A DNA stretch of 63,204 nt, counting the filler, from Octopus bimaculoides (Eukaryota), in the NCBI RefSeq assembly GCF_001194135.2. It is 6 parts of 4 records of this genome, joined end to end, with 100 filler letters (N's around TTAATTAATTAA, not from the genome) between each part and the next. Parts side by side here need not be neighbours in the genome. Positions count along the whole stretch, not along the records: positions 1 to 21,124 come from NC_068987.1; 5 more parts are not named here. The stretch is one strand, 5' to 3'. The notes under the pieces were generated by a model. That model was given only the letters and a program-made list of their open reading frames with translations, was not told the DNA's origin and ran no database searches. A program made the translations under genes and the position numbers. Numbering within the stretch: position 1 is the stretch's first letter; every line of letters starts with the position of its first letter. Shown piece after piece: positions 1 to 12,900 of the stretch.

Positions 1-236
1 TATACATAATATTATGTTATATTATATATCATATATATTATACATATATATAATATGTATATAACATAATATTATATATATATATTATATAATATAAATT
101 AGATATAATATATATAATGTAGACTGTACTCTACACGAACGCGTATGTATATACATACACACACATGCATAGTACAAACATACATTCATAGTTACATACG
201 TTTACATGTACTGACATACATACATACAAGCATACA

Positions 237-670
237 TACGGTGAGGTACCCAAATGTAACCGGAAATGTACTCTGCGGAACAAGCCCATTTTTATTCAGG
301 CTTCCATCCTCGGCATCAGTATGCCGACCGACATCGGTGAGAGAAGTTGTACACGATGGCTGATAAGAAATAACAGACTATGTACGTGAAATGTTGTTTT
401 CTTCTGGTGAAAATGGTGGCCGAAACAGTTGTCATGCTTCAGACAGCATACAAAGAGGTTGCCATGATCAAAACACAAGTTCACGATTGGTTTTCACGCT
501 TTAGGAATGGACACTTAAAGCATGAACACTTACTTCATTCAGGGTGTCCGCCAACCTCCGGAACGAATGAAAACATTAAAATTCACGAAGTGATCTTAGA
601 GGACAACCACCGAAAAATTGACGAACTTGTTGATATGAATGGTGTCTGTGTTAGAGACTTCATTTTGTAA
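237..670 (+). mobile_element. Mariner 5' fragment: TIR-like start plus N-terminal HTH of transposase (pseudogenised, truncated)
   Basis: ATG at 356 reads MADKK*QTMYVKCCFLLVKMVAETVVMLQTAYKEVAMIKTQVHDWFSRFRNG...ENIKIHEVILEDNHRKIDELVD, matching the mariner HTH pattern (KFCFLLGK..ET..ML..AY...VYEWF.RF). TA + CGGTGAGGTACCCAAATGTAACCGGAA at 237 resembles a mariner TIR. Confidence 0.8.
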
Positions 671-911
671 TAAAACAAATTTTGATGCAATGTCTGTTTG
701 TCTTCCATCTTTCTATAATTCTTTATGGTATTTTTATACCTATAACGATATTTTTCAACTACTATACTTATGTTCTTGTTACTTGCTCTTGTCTATGAAT
801 ATGATGAATCTGTTTTAGAAATCATTCTTTCTCTCTTTGTGGACCTCTCAAAAAGTTTGAACTATTCTTTTTGGAACTTATTTTTTCCCATATAAATAAA
901 TAAATAAATAA

Positions 912-914
<3 letters not shown>

Positions 915-949
<35 letters not shown>

Positions 950-954
950 GTGTT

Positions 955-990
<36 letters not shown>
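915..990. repeat. (TG)n microsatellite
   Basis: Seen directly. Confidence 0.95.
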
Positions 991-992
<2 letters not shown>

Positions 993-1205
993 GGTTTATA
1001 ATTTTAGCAAATTGCAACAATTTCAGGGCATGGATTAAGACGACAAACATCGACCCCAGCCTTCAACACGTTCTTATCACACCGATTCGGAAAGGATGAC
1101 AGTAGAAATCGACTTCGGTGGAATTAGAACTAAAAACGTTATGACGGACGAAACGCCGTTAAACATTTTGTCCGGTTTGTTAATGGTTCTGCCAGTCCGC
1201 CACCT
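993..1205 (-). mobile_element. SINE family A (tRNA-type head GGCGGCGAGCTGGCAGAA), diverged copy
   Basis: Reverse complement aligns by eye with the copies at 4511 and 22196 (CTGGCAGAA..TTAGC/AC..GAGTTCAAATTCC..GTCGAC..CATCCTTT..GGGGTCGAT). Confidence 0.75.
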
Positions 1206-1824
1206 ACAAGTTTCTTGATCTTCCCCCAGCAGATATTTATCAAATTTATCCCACTGTTTGTGCTTCATAAAATGAAGACTGTGCAGTCGAGAATATGTGT
1301 CAATAAGTGTGCCTCATGCAGTTAGCGATCCCCATTCCATAACTGTTATTATATTTGCCATCGCCCAACTGATACGTGTCCAATATTCCTGTATAGGCAT
1401 GGACTCTAGGTACTTCTTTTGCTCACACTTCCGTAAGTGTTTTGAAATCACACCAACCGTTATGATGTTCCTCTGAAATCTGAAATATAGCCCGACATAT
1501 CATCGGAGTGTTATATACGATGTATGTCTTTATATATATATTGATAACTACATAGATAGATAGACAGACAGACATATTTAAACAGATGGATAGTGAGAGA
1601 GAGAGAGGGGGAGCGAGAAGAATAGAGAAACAAACAGACACAGTCAGACACGAGGACAGTTAGAGATGTGCATATATAAATGCAAACAGCCATTTATATT
1701 AGAGCTTATTATTGTTTACTGCATTAGATTTCTAAATTTACATATATGAATATTTATCCATGTATTTTTTCTTACTTTTTCTTTATATGTATGTAAGTGT
1801 TTGTGTGTGTGTTGATGTGTGAAC

Positions 1825-1880
<56 letters not shown>

Positions 1881-2732
1881 GTGTGTTTATGTTTATGCGT
1901 AAGTGTATATGTAGCGTAAAACAAGCCGTCTCACTAAAAGAATGTTATTCTAAAAAAATTATATGCAATTTTATACACACACAACACCAAATTTTCCAGT
2001 ACACAAGTATACTGAAGCTAGCTTTTTAATGACTGTTGTCATGTTGAAGAGTAGCATTTGCATATGTGCACGCAAACAAATTCACGCGAGGCAATATAAG
2101 CGTCCATAAACCAGAACGAACCCGGTATGAGCACACGCGCGCAAAATAAGAAAATATGTCTACTGAGCTGTCTACTTCTTATCATAAAATAGCCATTGCT
2201 TTGGCAAACCGTCCTTCATTCCTTTTCTCATTTTGTTTCTGTCATACTCTCATTCAATTTCTTTCTGTCTCTTCTCTCCTTCTCTCTCTTTCCCCTTTCC
2301 CTCTCGTAATTTGATTAAACATTTTATCAAGATTGTCATCAACGTTTCGCATAGTTCAGACGATTTTGTCATCCACGAAGCCCAATCTTTTTTCTTCCTT
2401 TTTCTCTACCTAATGCATATCACTTTTCCCGCTCTCTTTATATTTGTATGAATGTGTATATGCGTGTGTGTGAGTGTATGCGTGTGTGTACCATATTTCA
2501 TTACATTGCGTAGACATAACATGCCTGATGGCCCCTGGACAACCAGGCACATTTCCAGAATAAGAAGAGACTATTTCGGCATAAATAAAAATATTTATCT
2601 CTTCCAAGGTATTGAGTTCTCTATTCTTCTGAGAGTAAACGCAAAATGTATTTGCTTGATGTGTGTGTGTGTGCATGTGCATGTGTGTGTGAGAGAGAGA
2701 GAGAGAGAGATGGGGGGAAGAAGAGGGATAAA

Positions 2733-2741
2733 TAGATAGAC

Positions 2742-2784
<43 letters not shown>

Positions 2785-2785
2785 C
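2733..2785. repeat. (GATA)n microsatellite preceded by (GA)n
   Basis: Seen directly. Confidence 0.95.
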
Positions 2786-2914
2786 AATACATTTGTGTTA
2801 TCTGATTAAATATGACATATCAGATCCGATAGTCTTCAAGACTCTGCGCATGCGCGATGTTGTATGTGCGATGCTGTTTTTCAATCAATTTAAAAGTAAT
2901 ATTATATCTGCTAG

Positions 2915-3110
2915 TTTTTCTATTTTACTTGTTTTAGTCATGGGAATGTGGTCACGCTGGGGCACTGCATTGAGGGGTTTCGTTGGAAATAATTACCACA
3001 GTGCTTCTTCTGGAATGTTGATCGATTTTGCGAAATTGCTACTTTACGGGGAAAGAAGCAGGGCAACACCGTTTGTCAAGCGGGAGTGAGTGACAAATAC
3101 AAGCACAAGG
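2915..3110 (-). mobile_element. SINE family B, 3' half
   Basis: Reverse complement matches the tail of copies at 36780 and 46476 (CTTGACAA..GGTGT..CCCCGTAA..CCCCAGCGTGACC..TGACTAAAACAAGTAAAA). Confidence 0.65.
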
Positions 3111-4510
3111 ACACACACTTATACACAAACACACTCACATATAGACACACACATATACGTATATATACACAAATATATATGTGTGTGTGTGTTTGTATGT
3201 GTGTGTTTTTGTATGTGTGTGTTTGTATGTGCGTGTTTGTGTGTGTGTGTAGTAATAATAGGAATTTGAAAATTCAAACATATCTTATGTTAAGCTCACC
3301 TGTCAAGTGCATGGCTAACAAGAATGCTTGTGGCTGAGTTTAGGATTAACCTTTGCATCATTCTGAAAATCAAGGCGATACGATGGTGGAGAGGAATTTT
3401 ATAAATAGAACATATAAGACAAGTATGGTGAGAGACTAGATCTTTATTCCCTTCGTGTACAGCTGTTTGACGATGTTTTTAGAGCTTACTGATCCTAGTT
3501 ACCTGGATAATCGTACATAGCGATACGTGTACTTCTGAAATTATGCGGGTGAGATACTTCCATAACAAGTTCCTTGTGGACAGTAATACCATTTGTTGAT
3601 TTTTTTTTTCAGTAAGGTTAACTGCTAATGTGTATCATTAATTCTATTATTATTTCTGTGGTAGGTATGAATATAATTTCCATGTTGTGTAGTAGTCATT
3701 AATGCTGTTGTTGTCATGTTCTAACTAGGAATTATCAGTGCAAAATACTTTAAAATGCTTACCAAAACAGAAATGATGGATTGATAGATTTTTTTTATAT
3801 AGTAAATTTAGGAAAGCTGAGCTGAATATTGTTGGTATGGAAACCATTTGAGAAGTCTTATTAGAATTAGATGGTTGTGTCTTTGTTTGTGTGTGTCTGT
3901 GTGAGATAGAGAGAGAGAAGGGGAGCGAGAGAGAGTGAGAGAAAGCGAGGTAGGAGAGAGAGGGAGATAAAGAGAGGATGTTAACGTCAAGAGGGCGAAG
4001 ATATTAACGTGGGTGTATACATTGAGTACAAGAGGAGAGAATAGCAAATGATGAAAGAATATTATAATCTGCTTTAAAAAAAAGTTTGCAAGAGAATGAA
4101 AAGAATATCAAAGTATAAAATAGAGAAGAACTAGTAGAGAATTGCAAAGAAATTTAAAAGATTTATGAAGATAAAACGAAAACAATAAAGAGCACAACAT
4201 AGTGAACTAAAACACCAATAGAAATGGATATATATCCACAAAAACAACTAATCTGATCAAATATTACAATGAAACAAAGACACAAATGTGAAAATGGAAA
4301 AGATGTAATGGTAAGAAGAAATCACGAGATGTCATCAATAAAACTAATACATCGATTTGTTATAACAAAAGGACATTTTTTAAAGACATTCAAAATGGAG
4401 CGGAGAATACAGTCTAGGAGCTATAACATATGATTTGTGAATTCTGAAACTCCATCCATAAGGGACGTCTATGGAAATATTACAGTTGTTGGCATAAACT
4501 AATACAAAAG

Positions 4511-4742
4511 GCGTTGAGCTGGCAGAAACATTAGCACGCCGGGCGAAATGCTTGGCGATATTTCGTCTGTCTTTACGTTCTGAGTTCAAGTTCCACCGAG
4601 GTCGACTTTGCCGTTGATCTCTTCGGTATCGATAAATTAAGTGCCAGTTGCACACTGGAGTCGATGTCATCGACTTAATCCCTTTGTCTGTCCTTGTTTG
4701 TCCACCCTCTATATTTAGCGCCTTGTGGGTAACAAAGAAATA
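4511..4742 (+). mobile_element. SINE family A, full length with TSD
   Basis: A-box-like TGGCAGAAACATTAG, B-box-like GAGTTCAAGTTCC; flanked by direct repeat ATAAACTAATACAAAAG at 4494-4510 and 4743-4759. Confidence 0.9.
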
Positions 4743-5278
4743 ATAAACTAATACAAAAGAACGAGCAGACATACAGTTTTTTCAAGGTTATACATTCACC
4801 GACTACAAAACTACGTTATTCATTCATTGCAAACAACGTAAAAAGGGGAATCACACACACACACATGCAACCAAAAACATATACGCATACATTATATATA
4901 AAGACATTTCATATTAAGTACATACCAGTGTTCTGTTTCTTTCGCTGTTTTTTGAAATGAAGTATTTTTCGATATTTTCATTTGACTGATTGATTATTCC
5001 TTTAAGTAATAAAATTATTAACCAAACACTGACGTTTCTGATACAAAAGACTCCCATCTTGGCAAAGATTTGCTAACGATGATATTCGTTGTCTCTTACT
5101 ATCAGACACTATCAGTATCATTTCATTTGTGACAAGTGAAGATGTATGTTATTTGTTTTTTAGTTGCGTGATTCCAACCGGATAATGTTTATTCTTATAA
5201 ATGCGTTGAGCAATGTTTCAATCGCCATTCTCATTTAGTTTTCTTCCACTCAGGTCCTCTGGCCGTAAACACATCGGC

Positions 5279-5328
5279 ATTTGGATGCTAAGGATTTGGA
5301 TGCTAAGCATTTGGATGCTAAGGATTTG
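5279..5328. repeat. 15-bp tandem repeat x3.3 (ATTTGGATGCTAAGS)
   Basis: Seen directly. Confidence 0.9.
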
Positions 5329-5449
5329 TAATGTTAAAAGATTTCGATTTTTAATCGCGTTCATAAATGTCATGCTTCCAACGCTATTAATTAGAAGTTG
5401 CTTGGCAGTCATTTTCAAATTTATTATTTATGATAAGTGATAGAAAGTA

Positions 5450-6330
5450 GTCATGTAGTTTGTGTTGGTTAAAGAAGAGTTTCCGATAAATATTTTATAA
5501 AGTGGTTTGTGCTGATGTAATATTAATGGGGTCTGTGTCTGAAATATTTTTTGCTTTGTCTGTGTTTCTGGGTCATCGATTAATTTATTACGATACTCCA
5601 TACTGATTCTCATTTATTCTGCGAATTTCTTTATCTAGATTTTATTTATTGAGTTATTTAGTTTTGCAATGAAATTTAAAAGTTCTGCTAAGTAGAAATG
5701 TTAATAGTGACATTTTTATATCTGAATGTGTAATCACTGCATCTTTTGATTTTTGTGTTTCGTGTATATGAGACTGACATATCGTTTGTCTTCTGTTTGA
5801 ATATTTTTGTGGAAAAACTCATCTTCTTGCTTGTAGTTTTATTTGTATTGATGTTTATGTTAAATTTTAATCTACATTTGTGAAGTATGATTTTCCTAAA
5901 TTCATCAGCTCTTCTGATAGTTTCATTACTGAAGAAGTATAGATAACATATCCGATGTTTATCATGTGTTTATGAATTACTATCGATTTGTTCATAGATT
6001 GTGTCGATCATGATTTTCGAAGAGAAACCCATAGTAGGTACAATTTCTCTCTTTGAATGTGTACATAGCAATTTACCATTTGTCATTTGCTTCGAACTCT
6101 TATAAGTATAATGTTTACCCAATCAACGAGATACCTTTATGACGCAAAGAAAATGGTGGAAAGCATTACATTGCTTAAAATCTGGTCGAGATGGAGGGTT
6201 CATATAGAAGATTGATCGATGTCACCGTCCGGAATATGGTTTAAAGTTAAATTATTAATATCCGGTTGTCAGTTATTACACCAAGAGTAGTTATGATTGC
6301 AGAAAAATTAATAACAACAGCTGAAAAGAA
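5450..6330 (-). mobile_element. Highly degraded Penelope-like RT relic
   Basis: Frameshifted minus-strand remnants GDIDQ/YEPSIS (cf. FDIxxFYPSIS), VPTMG (cf. FDVTMG), LKFNININTN (cf. LKITIDTN) in the same order as the better-preserved relic at 17.6-18.7 kb. Confidence 0.45.
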
Positions 6331-6591
6331 AGAATTCACTTCAATACTATTTCGCTGCCTCACCTAGAATTGTTTTCTACAGTTGGTTACATTTGAAAAG
6401 ACAAAAATACAAGAAGTTGAAATAATAATTTGGCAAAAACTTTTGATCTCTTAGCCCTAGAATATTATGGCTGAAATTTAATTCAGACTTGCAATAGATA
6501 AGTGTAGGACATTTGCTCCACCGGCAACGAAACCAATGTTTCGAATGCAGTAGAGCGTGATTAAAATGTTAAACTATTTGTTCATATTATT

Positions 6592-8150
6592 GTAGTAGGT
6601 AGACTAGAAATTAATTGGACTTTGAAGGCCAAGTTTTAAAATGAACACAAAACAGTTGATAGCGAGTTTAATCTAAGTAATTTCCAAATGACAGAATGCA
6701 CCTTTGCCGCCATATAATATGGTCATTTATCTCCTCACAGTAAAAATTAGAACCTCTAGACTCAATAAATTTCTTATTAGTTTCTTTTACACCTGCCTGG
6801 TTTTGGAACCATTTATTTGTTATGAAGCTGCTAAGGCATTTGCAAACAGAAATCAGTTGGGGACATGTTAGGAAAATAAGATGAATGAAGCAAAACGTCG
6901 ATGTCCAAATCAATTAAGTTTGTAAGTGTCAATCTTGACATATGTGAACAGGGGTTTCATAATGAAGAATCAGGGCTTTTGCGAATGAATAACTCTGGCT
7001 GCATTTCATACACCTTGCTTTATGCATTTCATATAATTATTGGTCCTCTTTCTCAACTGTGATTGCTTATCCTGCATTGATGAAGTTACATTGGACAACT
7101 CCCGATGCAGACCACCATACTTTACCCATGAATTTTTTTGAAGGAACTCAGTCTTTTGTAAATGCTACGGTGATTTGTGTTTGTCAAGTCACTGTGCACA
7201 TCTTTTCTTATTGTTGATCTGTTCCAGAAATGGAGCATATCAATTTCTCAGCAACAGGACTAAACAGATTTCGTAGTAACGACGATATTTCTGGTCAACC
7301 ATCAGTTCATGCGGAACGGATATATCCATATTTTTTTTCCTAAATTTTTACAATTCCAAACGAGTAAGGATATTTGATTTGCTTGTTCCCATTTCTTTTA
7401 CGATCTTATGAACAAGTATTCGAGTGTTTACTTCTCTTAGCAGGTAATCCTTAACGATTTTTAAGAATCTCTTCTCTCAGCCGAAACTTCAGAAACCAAC
7501 ACAGTACTGAGCAAATAGTAACCAAGCCTTGAACAAATGCTTGGTGGATGCATAGGGCAGAAGCATCCCTCCCTATTTTGTACACATAAAGAAAACTCAG
7601 ACGAAAGCCATGTGTGCCCATGCTCTGGCTATGACAGATTAGGAGCACTACATCGTTTACGACGACGAGGATCCCAGCTGATACTATCATCGGAACAGCT
7701 TGCTCATAAAATTAATGTGCAAGTGGCTGAGCACTCCACAGACACGTGTACCCTTAAGGTAGTCCTCGGGGAGATTCAGTGTAACAGAGAATGTAACAAG
7801 GCTGGCCCTTTGAAATACAGGTACTACTCATTTTCAACAGCTGTGTGGACTGGATCAGCGTGAAATAAAGTGTCTTGCTCAAGAACACAACGCGTCGCCG
7901 GGAATTGAACTCACGATGTTACGATCGTGAGCCGAAAGCCCTAACCAAGAAGCCACGTGCCTTCACATGACAGATTACTATGAACTGTAATGAAGAAGAA
8001 TGCGATTTGTAAGACCTTGACAGCATTTAAGTAAATATATGCTCAGTATAAAATGCCATGGTACACTTTTTCTATACCAGGGGAAGGTTCTCCTTTGTTG
8101 ACGAGTGTGAGCACTCGAAAAGATGTCGTTTCTCTCAGGACATCCTAATA
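6592..8150 (-). mobile_element. Near full-length mariner (Hsmar1/cecropia-like) relic; transposase pseudogene 7621-6668
   Basis: Minus-strand remnants in correct order: MGTHGFRLSFLYVYKIGR..WFLKFR; SVPHEL (WVPHEL); GKVWWSASGVVQ; HSSYFPNMSPTDF (HPPYSPDLAPSD); FY..IIWRQRCILSFGNYLD*. TIR-like TAGTAGGTAG..AATTAATTG near 6592 and TATTAGGATGTCC (reverse strand) near 8150. Confidence 0.85.
7642..7966 (-). mobile_element. SINE family C (tRNA head + CORE-like centre + RTE-like tail) nested in the mariner 5' UTR
   Basis: Head GTGAAGGCACGTGGCTTCTTGGTTAGGG...GAGTTCAATTCCC; centre GTTGTGTTCTTGAGCAAGACACTTTATTTCAC; 11-bp TSD ATGACAGATTA at 7631-7641 and 7967-7977. Confidence 0.9.
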
Positions 8151-9464
8151 CTATTTTATATTTGCATAGACACACGCGAAAATACACACACACACATACA
8201 CACATACAGTTTTACAATTAGTACAAAACATAACAATGTATAATGATAAACAACAAGCATTGAAAGAAATCTACTATAATTGTGACGTTATGAGAATGAA
8301 AATGGGAGCAACAAACACTGAACAACAAACAACGAAAACAACTCATGAATAATAAATTGAAGCTAAAAGACAAAACAGATTTTCTTGAAGTAAATCAGTA
8401 AGTGTGAATGAAATATAACAATATTATGTCTGATATGATGGAAAGCAGATATTGTAAAGAAATATATTATTGATAAGAACAATTGTAATAGCAGGATAAA
8501 ACAGAGGGAGTAAAACGACAGCAATGATAGCTATAATAATACAATTATTATGATATGTTTTTTAATGGGTATAATCATTGAAATAACGATGATGATCTTG
8601 ATATAAATATGATTATATATGACAATAATTTATGTTATTTATGAAAAAAAAAATTATATCTTAAGGTAATTTTCTTAAAAAACAAACAAATATCAACAGT
8701 AAAAGCAAGCAAAGCAACAATAGAGCAATAGACAGTTGTTTTCAAGAGGTTTGTGAAGAGATGCATTGAATATACTTCACCGGCAGATATAGAATTAGAA
8801 GCGAAATGAGGTAAAACGAAGATTTATAAATAAAGTTTGTACAAAATTTATATAATACGTGAATTAGAGTTACCTTCATGCATTTCGTATTATTTGTGCA
8901 TTGTGGTATGATTTTAATATTTCTCTTAGAGTATGAAATTTATGATTAAACTTCCTTTTAAAATGTTAAATGGATTGCAGTTGCTAACAGAATAGGTTCT
9001 TTTACAGGTGTATGCATTCCTTGTGCAAAAATCAACATGTAACGTCAACCAAATCGTCTACGATCTGCCACTGTCACACCGGTTACTGATGTTGTAAGCA
9101 TCAGCAATTGGTTTATTGTATATATAGGCAATGTATTTTAGCCTTACTAATATATATATCTATAATCACAACAATCTATCTCACTCCGCATCATCGGTTC
9201 GTTTAGACAGAATATCCCTATCGTTGTGATTTTCACCGTCATCCCCAGTAAAGACACAGACAGAGACGAAATTTCAGAAATTCGCAGTTATGATATAAAC
9301 GATTGAATAATGTGCCTCGTATTAAACTTCAGCAGATGAATTACAATGGGACGAATAATTTTTAATCCTTTCTCCTTATCTTCCTATACATAAAGTTATT
9401 TATGCATGTGTGTGTATTTTATACACACACATAGACATGTATGTATATATATGTATATTTCGGT

Positions 9465-9508
9465 GCGTAATTTTCTGCCATATTTGGCGTAATTTTCTGC
9501 CATATTTG
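9465..9508. repeat. 22-bp exact tandem duplication (GCGTAATTTTCTGCCATATTTG x2)
   Basis: Seen directly. Confidence 0.85.
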
Positions 9509-11435
9509 GCCAGAAAATGATACCATTGATACTTATAAGAAAAAAAAAACATACTTGGGGTCAGCTCTTTTTCTATGGCTTAATCATAGTTAAGTTCGTA
9601 TTGCAACTTTAAAGTAATATGACGACATCTCTGTAGTATTTATCCAATCACAGCTAACTACAAATTAGAAACTATAGTTTCTTCGAAACAATTGCTTGGT
9701 AGGATAATATTTCTTTAACATTATCTGAATCTTTACCTCTAATAAGAATCAAGTTGATTTCTAGATTTCTTATACTACCACTAATTTTTAGAGAACGATA
9801 TATTTCTGACGATAGAGGATGTCAGTATTTTTACTAGTTGTTATGAGACGCTGTTTCGATAAATCATAAAAGCAAAAAATAATATTAATTTGTCACAGAG
9901 TGTATCATACTTGAAAATATGGCCAAGGCCATATTTGAAAATGTTGAAAAAATATAAAGTTATTCCTTATTCAAAATCGGAATGTTAAAATACACGGTAG
10001 GCATGGCTGGATATTGAACTTGGAAAAGCGCACGTATGTAATAAAAAGAAAGCGAGATATATCTATCGGCAAGCAGAGGGCATCGGACAAAAGTTCTCAA
10101 ATATATTAAAAATACGTCAAACAAAACATTGCATATACTTGGTGCTTGATTCTGTTTTCAATAGTATTCGAGGAATGAATGACAAACTAATCCGTGGATT
10201 GCGTTCTTTGTTCTTGTAGGAAATAAATCTCGTGTCTATTTTTTAAAAGTTTATCATTAACTTAATCAAAATCCCTCTCCCCCAAAGAAATGCAGCAACG
10301 GTTCTCAACTGATAATCTAACAAATGTACCCTTTATCCTCTGAAAAGAGTTAAAAACTAGTGTCACATGTTGATTGCATTGTTTCCTTTTAGTATTCGAC
10401 CGAGTCTACTATTTTTTAACAAGCAACAATTTCAATATATCCCAAGTACAGACACACATCATGTGTGTGAGTATATNNNNNNNNNNNNNNNNNNNNNNNN
10501 NNNNNNNNNNNNNNNNNNNNNNNNNNNNNNNNNNNNNNNNNNNNNNNNNNNNNNNNNNNNNNNNNNNNNNNNNNNNNNNNNNNNNNNNNNNNNNNNNNAT
10601 ATATGTATATATATGTATATATATATGTATGTATATATGTATGTATGTATGATGTATGTATAATAGTCACCTCATTTTCAATATATTTCCACTCTAGTAA
10701 ACTGTGGCTGTGCGATAAGAAAATCGATTTGGTGAGATCGGTAACTTATACCAAATTTATATTTCTAACATCGCAATAATGATTTTCGTCGCGTCGGAAG
10801 AAAGTTGATAATATATACATAACTGCACTATAATATTGATTCATTCAACTAACTACACAACAAACTGTGCTTGCAATATGTCTAGAGGGTATCTTGTGAC
10901 GCTCATTATGAATATTAACGATAAGTTCGAGGCAAAGTTGCTAAAGGGAGTGTTCTGCATGCTAAATATTGATACGGTCGTGTCTGATATATGAAATATT
11001 GGGTGATGAAAAAAAATTCGATTAATTGAAATTATCTGTGCAATTAGGAGAAAAAAATTCCCTCTAGAAGTGTTAATATTCTCGAATGCAAACAAGAGTG
11101 TCACAACAGTGTTAATTAATTGGAATTTCCGCAAGCTAGAGAAGCAAGACCGATGAGAACGGATGTGTCATTGAAGCACTAGTGGCGAAAGCTACATCTT
11201 TCCTCCTGGAGCTTCACAGAGAAGCATATTTTACCCATTTCTCAATAATACGAATCAACAATCTATCTATCTATCTATCTATCTATCACCCCCTCACTGT
11301 GCGTGGTTATATATATTTATACACAAACATATATTTATAAATACATACATATGTATAAATTATATATAAATATATGCACATATACATACATATATGTACA
11401 TACCTACATATATATGTATATATACATGCATATAT

Positions 11436-11600
11436 GGGTACAGGACATCAAGAAAACGTCAACAAACTGAGAAACAAGTATATAAAAAAGAAAAACAGAA
11501 AACGAACAACGAAAGAAAAAATAGAGAATCGAGACAGGCAACATAAAGAACATTCCCTTCATCAGTTGTCCCCTTTTTTATCTACTGTGCATTTTGAAGG
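11436..11600 (+). repeat. Dispersed repeat (second diverged copy at 31494-31620), possibly a Penelope-type terminal repeat
   Basis: Both copies start GGGTACAGGACAT right after a TA/CA microsatellite and share ACATTCC(C)TTCATCAG about 100-130 bp downstream. Confidence 0.5.
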
Positions 11601-12339
11601 TAGGGACAAGACACGACTTTGATAGAACAGTCCTTCCCGCAAAGCAAATTTTAAAAAAATTGAGATTTTGTGCGAAGGGATAAAGTGGTAACAAAAACAG
11701 GACAGTAAGAACAAAACAGTAAAAACAAACCGCGAGGACTGTTAAGTCAAGACGATGTGAAGTGACGAACGCTGGACAACGAACTTTAAGAAGAGACAGG
11801 CAAAAGCTTGTCTTGTCTTTAGGAAGGAAGTGGAGGAAAGAAAGATGGATGGCCGTTGGTCACGTGTAAGCAACGAGGGAGTCAAGGAGGAAGTGTGAGA
11901 GAGGGCGAACGGTGAAGGTGAGAGGAGTAAAACAGGGAAATGGTGGGAGAGAAAAACAGAAAGGAAGAAGAACAAGAGAGGTAGATACATTGAAAGAATA
12001 AAGAGGGATAGAGTGAGCATCGGAATTATTACGATGTGTATATGAAATCGTTAGATTCACTTTATCATTTGAATTTAATTTGTGTCAAAATATTTTCGTC
12101 GTTTTGAAACCGCGAGCCGCTCAATGATAAAATTTCGTGATGCAGCACGAAATTTTGTCAGTGAACAGGTGTGTGTGTTCATCTTTGTGTATTCTTTTAT
12201 TCGTGTATGCGTTTCATCCTGAAGACTGTGGTCAGGCTGTAGCACTGCCACCATCATTTCCATTCCTTTTGTTAGCTGAAATGAGGGAATTTCATATTAC
12301 CAACCTTGCTTCAGTTTCTGCCATGATAATCTGATTCGA

Positions 12340-12900
12340 AACCTAAAGGTCAAATTGGCTCTTGAAAGCATCTCCCCCAACTCTATGTAGTTCTCTCAGG
12401 TATTTTGGCAACATATTAACTAGCTGTGTGCCTTTGAATTCCAAGCTAATGCAGTAACTGTTTTGTTTTGGTGGACTAGTATAAATGGTTGGTTAGGCCT
12501 GGCACCCGTCCCTCCACATCTCTCCCATATTCGCTTCAGGCAGTTGAGACGAAATTCTTTCAGAGTCTCTTGAAGTTGTTCATGTGTTCCATTGGTTCGG
12601 TTTTCTCAGAATGGAACCGCCGTGAGTTCCGCTATCAAGTTGACGCTGTGAGATGAAAATATTTATTAGTCGCTAGGCAGACAACTGATTCCAAATGTCC
12701 CCCATAATACCATAATATTTTCTGATCGCTTGATCTGGAGGTTGTCGGAATCCATCAGGCCATTCACTTTCATACTTCAAATATCTTGGTGATAGGTACT
12801 CGAAATGATGCAAATTAATTCCCAGGTCCTGAACGTATTTCACTATGTGCTTGCCGCACCTTTTTTGTAGAATATCCTCGTTGCGGCGTGTTTGTATAAG
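12340..12900 (-). mobile_element. Degraded CR1/L2-like LINE, RT C-terminus and 3' end
   Basis: Frameshifted motifs VQDLGINL, WIPTTSRS (WILRTFRT), MVLWGTF, SHSVNLIAEL, EGRVPG, NMLPKYLRELH..DAFKSQFDL; same family as 55518-56013. Confidence 0.7.

Noticed and set aside
9008-9093. Plus-strand AG...GT segment with an EGF-like CHCHTGY in one frame
   Set aside because: That frame has a stop and lacks a cysteine; the only open frame has no recognisable motif.
9915-9936. Perfect 10-bp hairpin AAATATGGCC-AA-GGCCATATTT
   Set aside because: A single short inverted repeat is expected by chance in 63 kb.
11550-11570. CTGATGA on the minus strand of the 11436 and 31494 repeats as a hammerhead core
   Set aside because: No properly placed stem II-GAAA-stem III follows.
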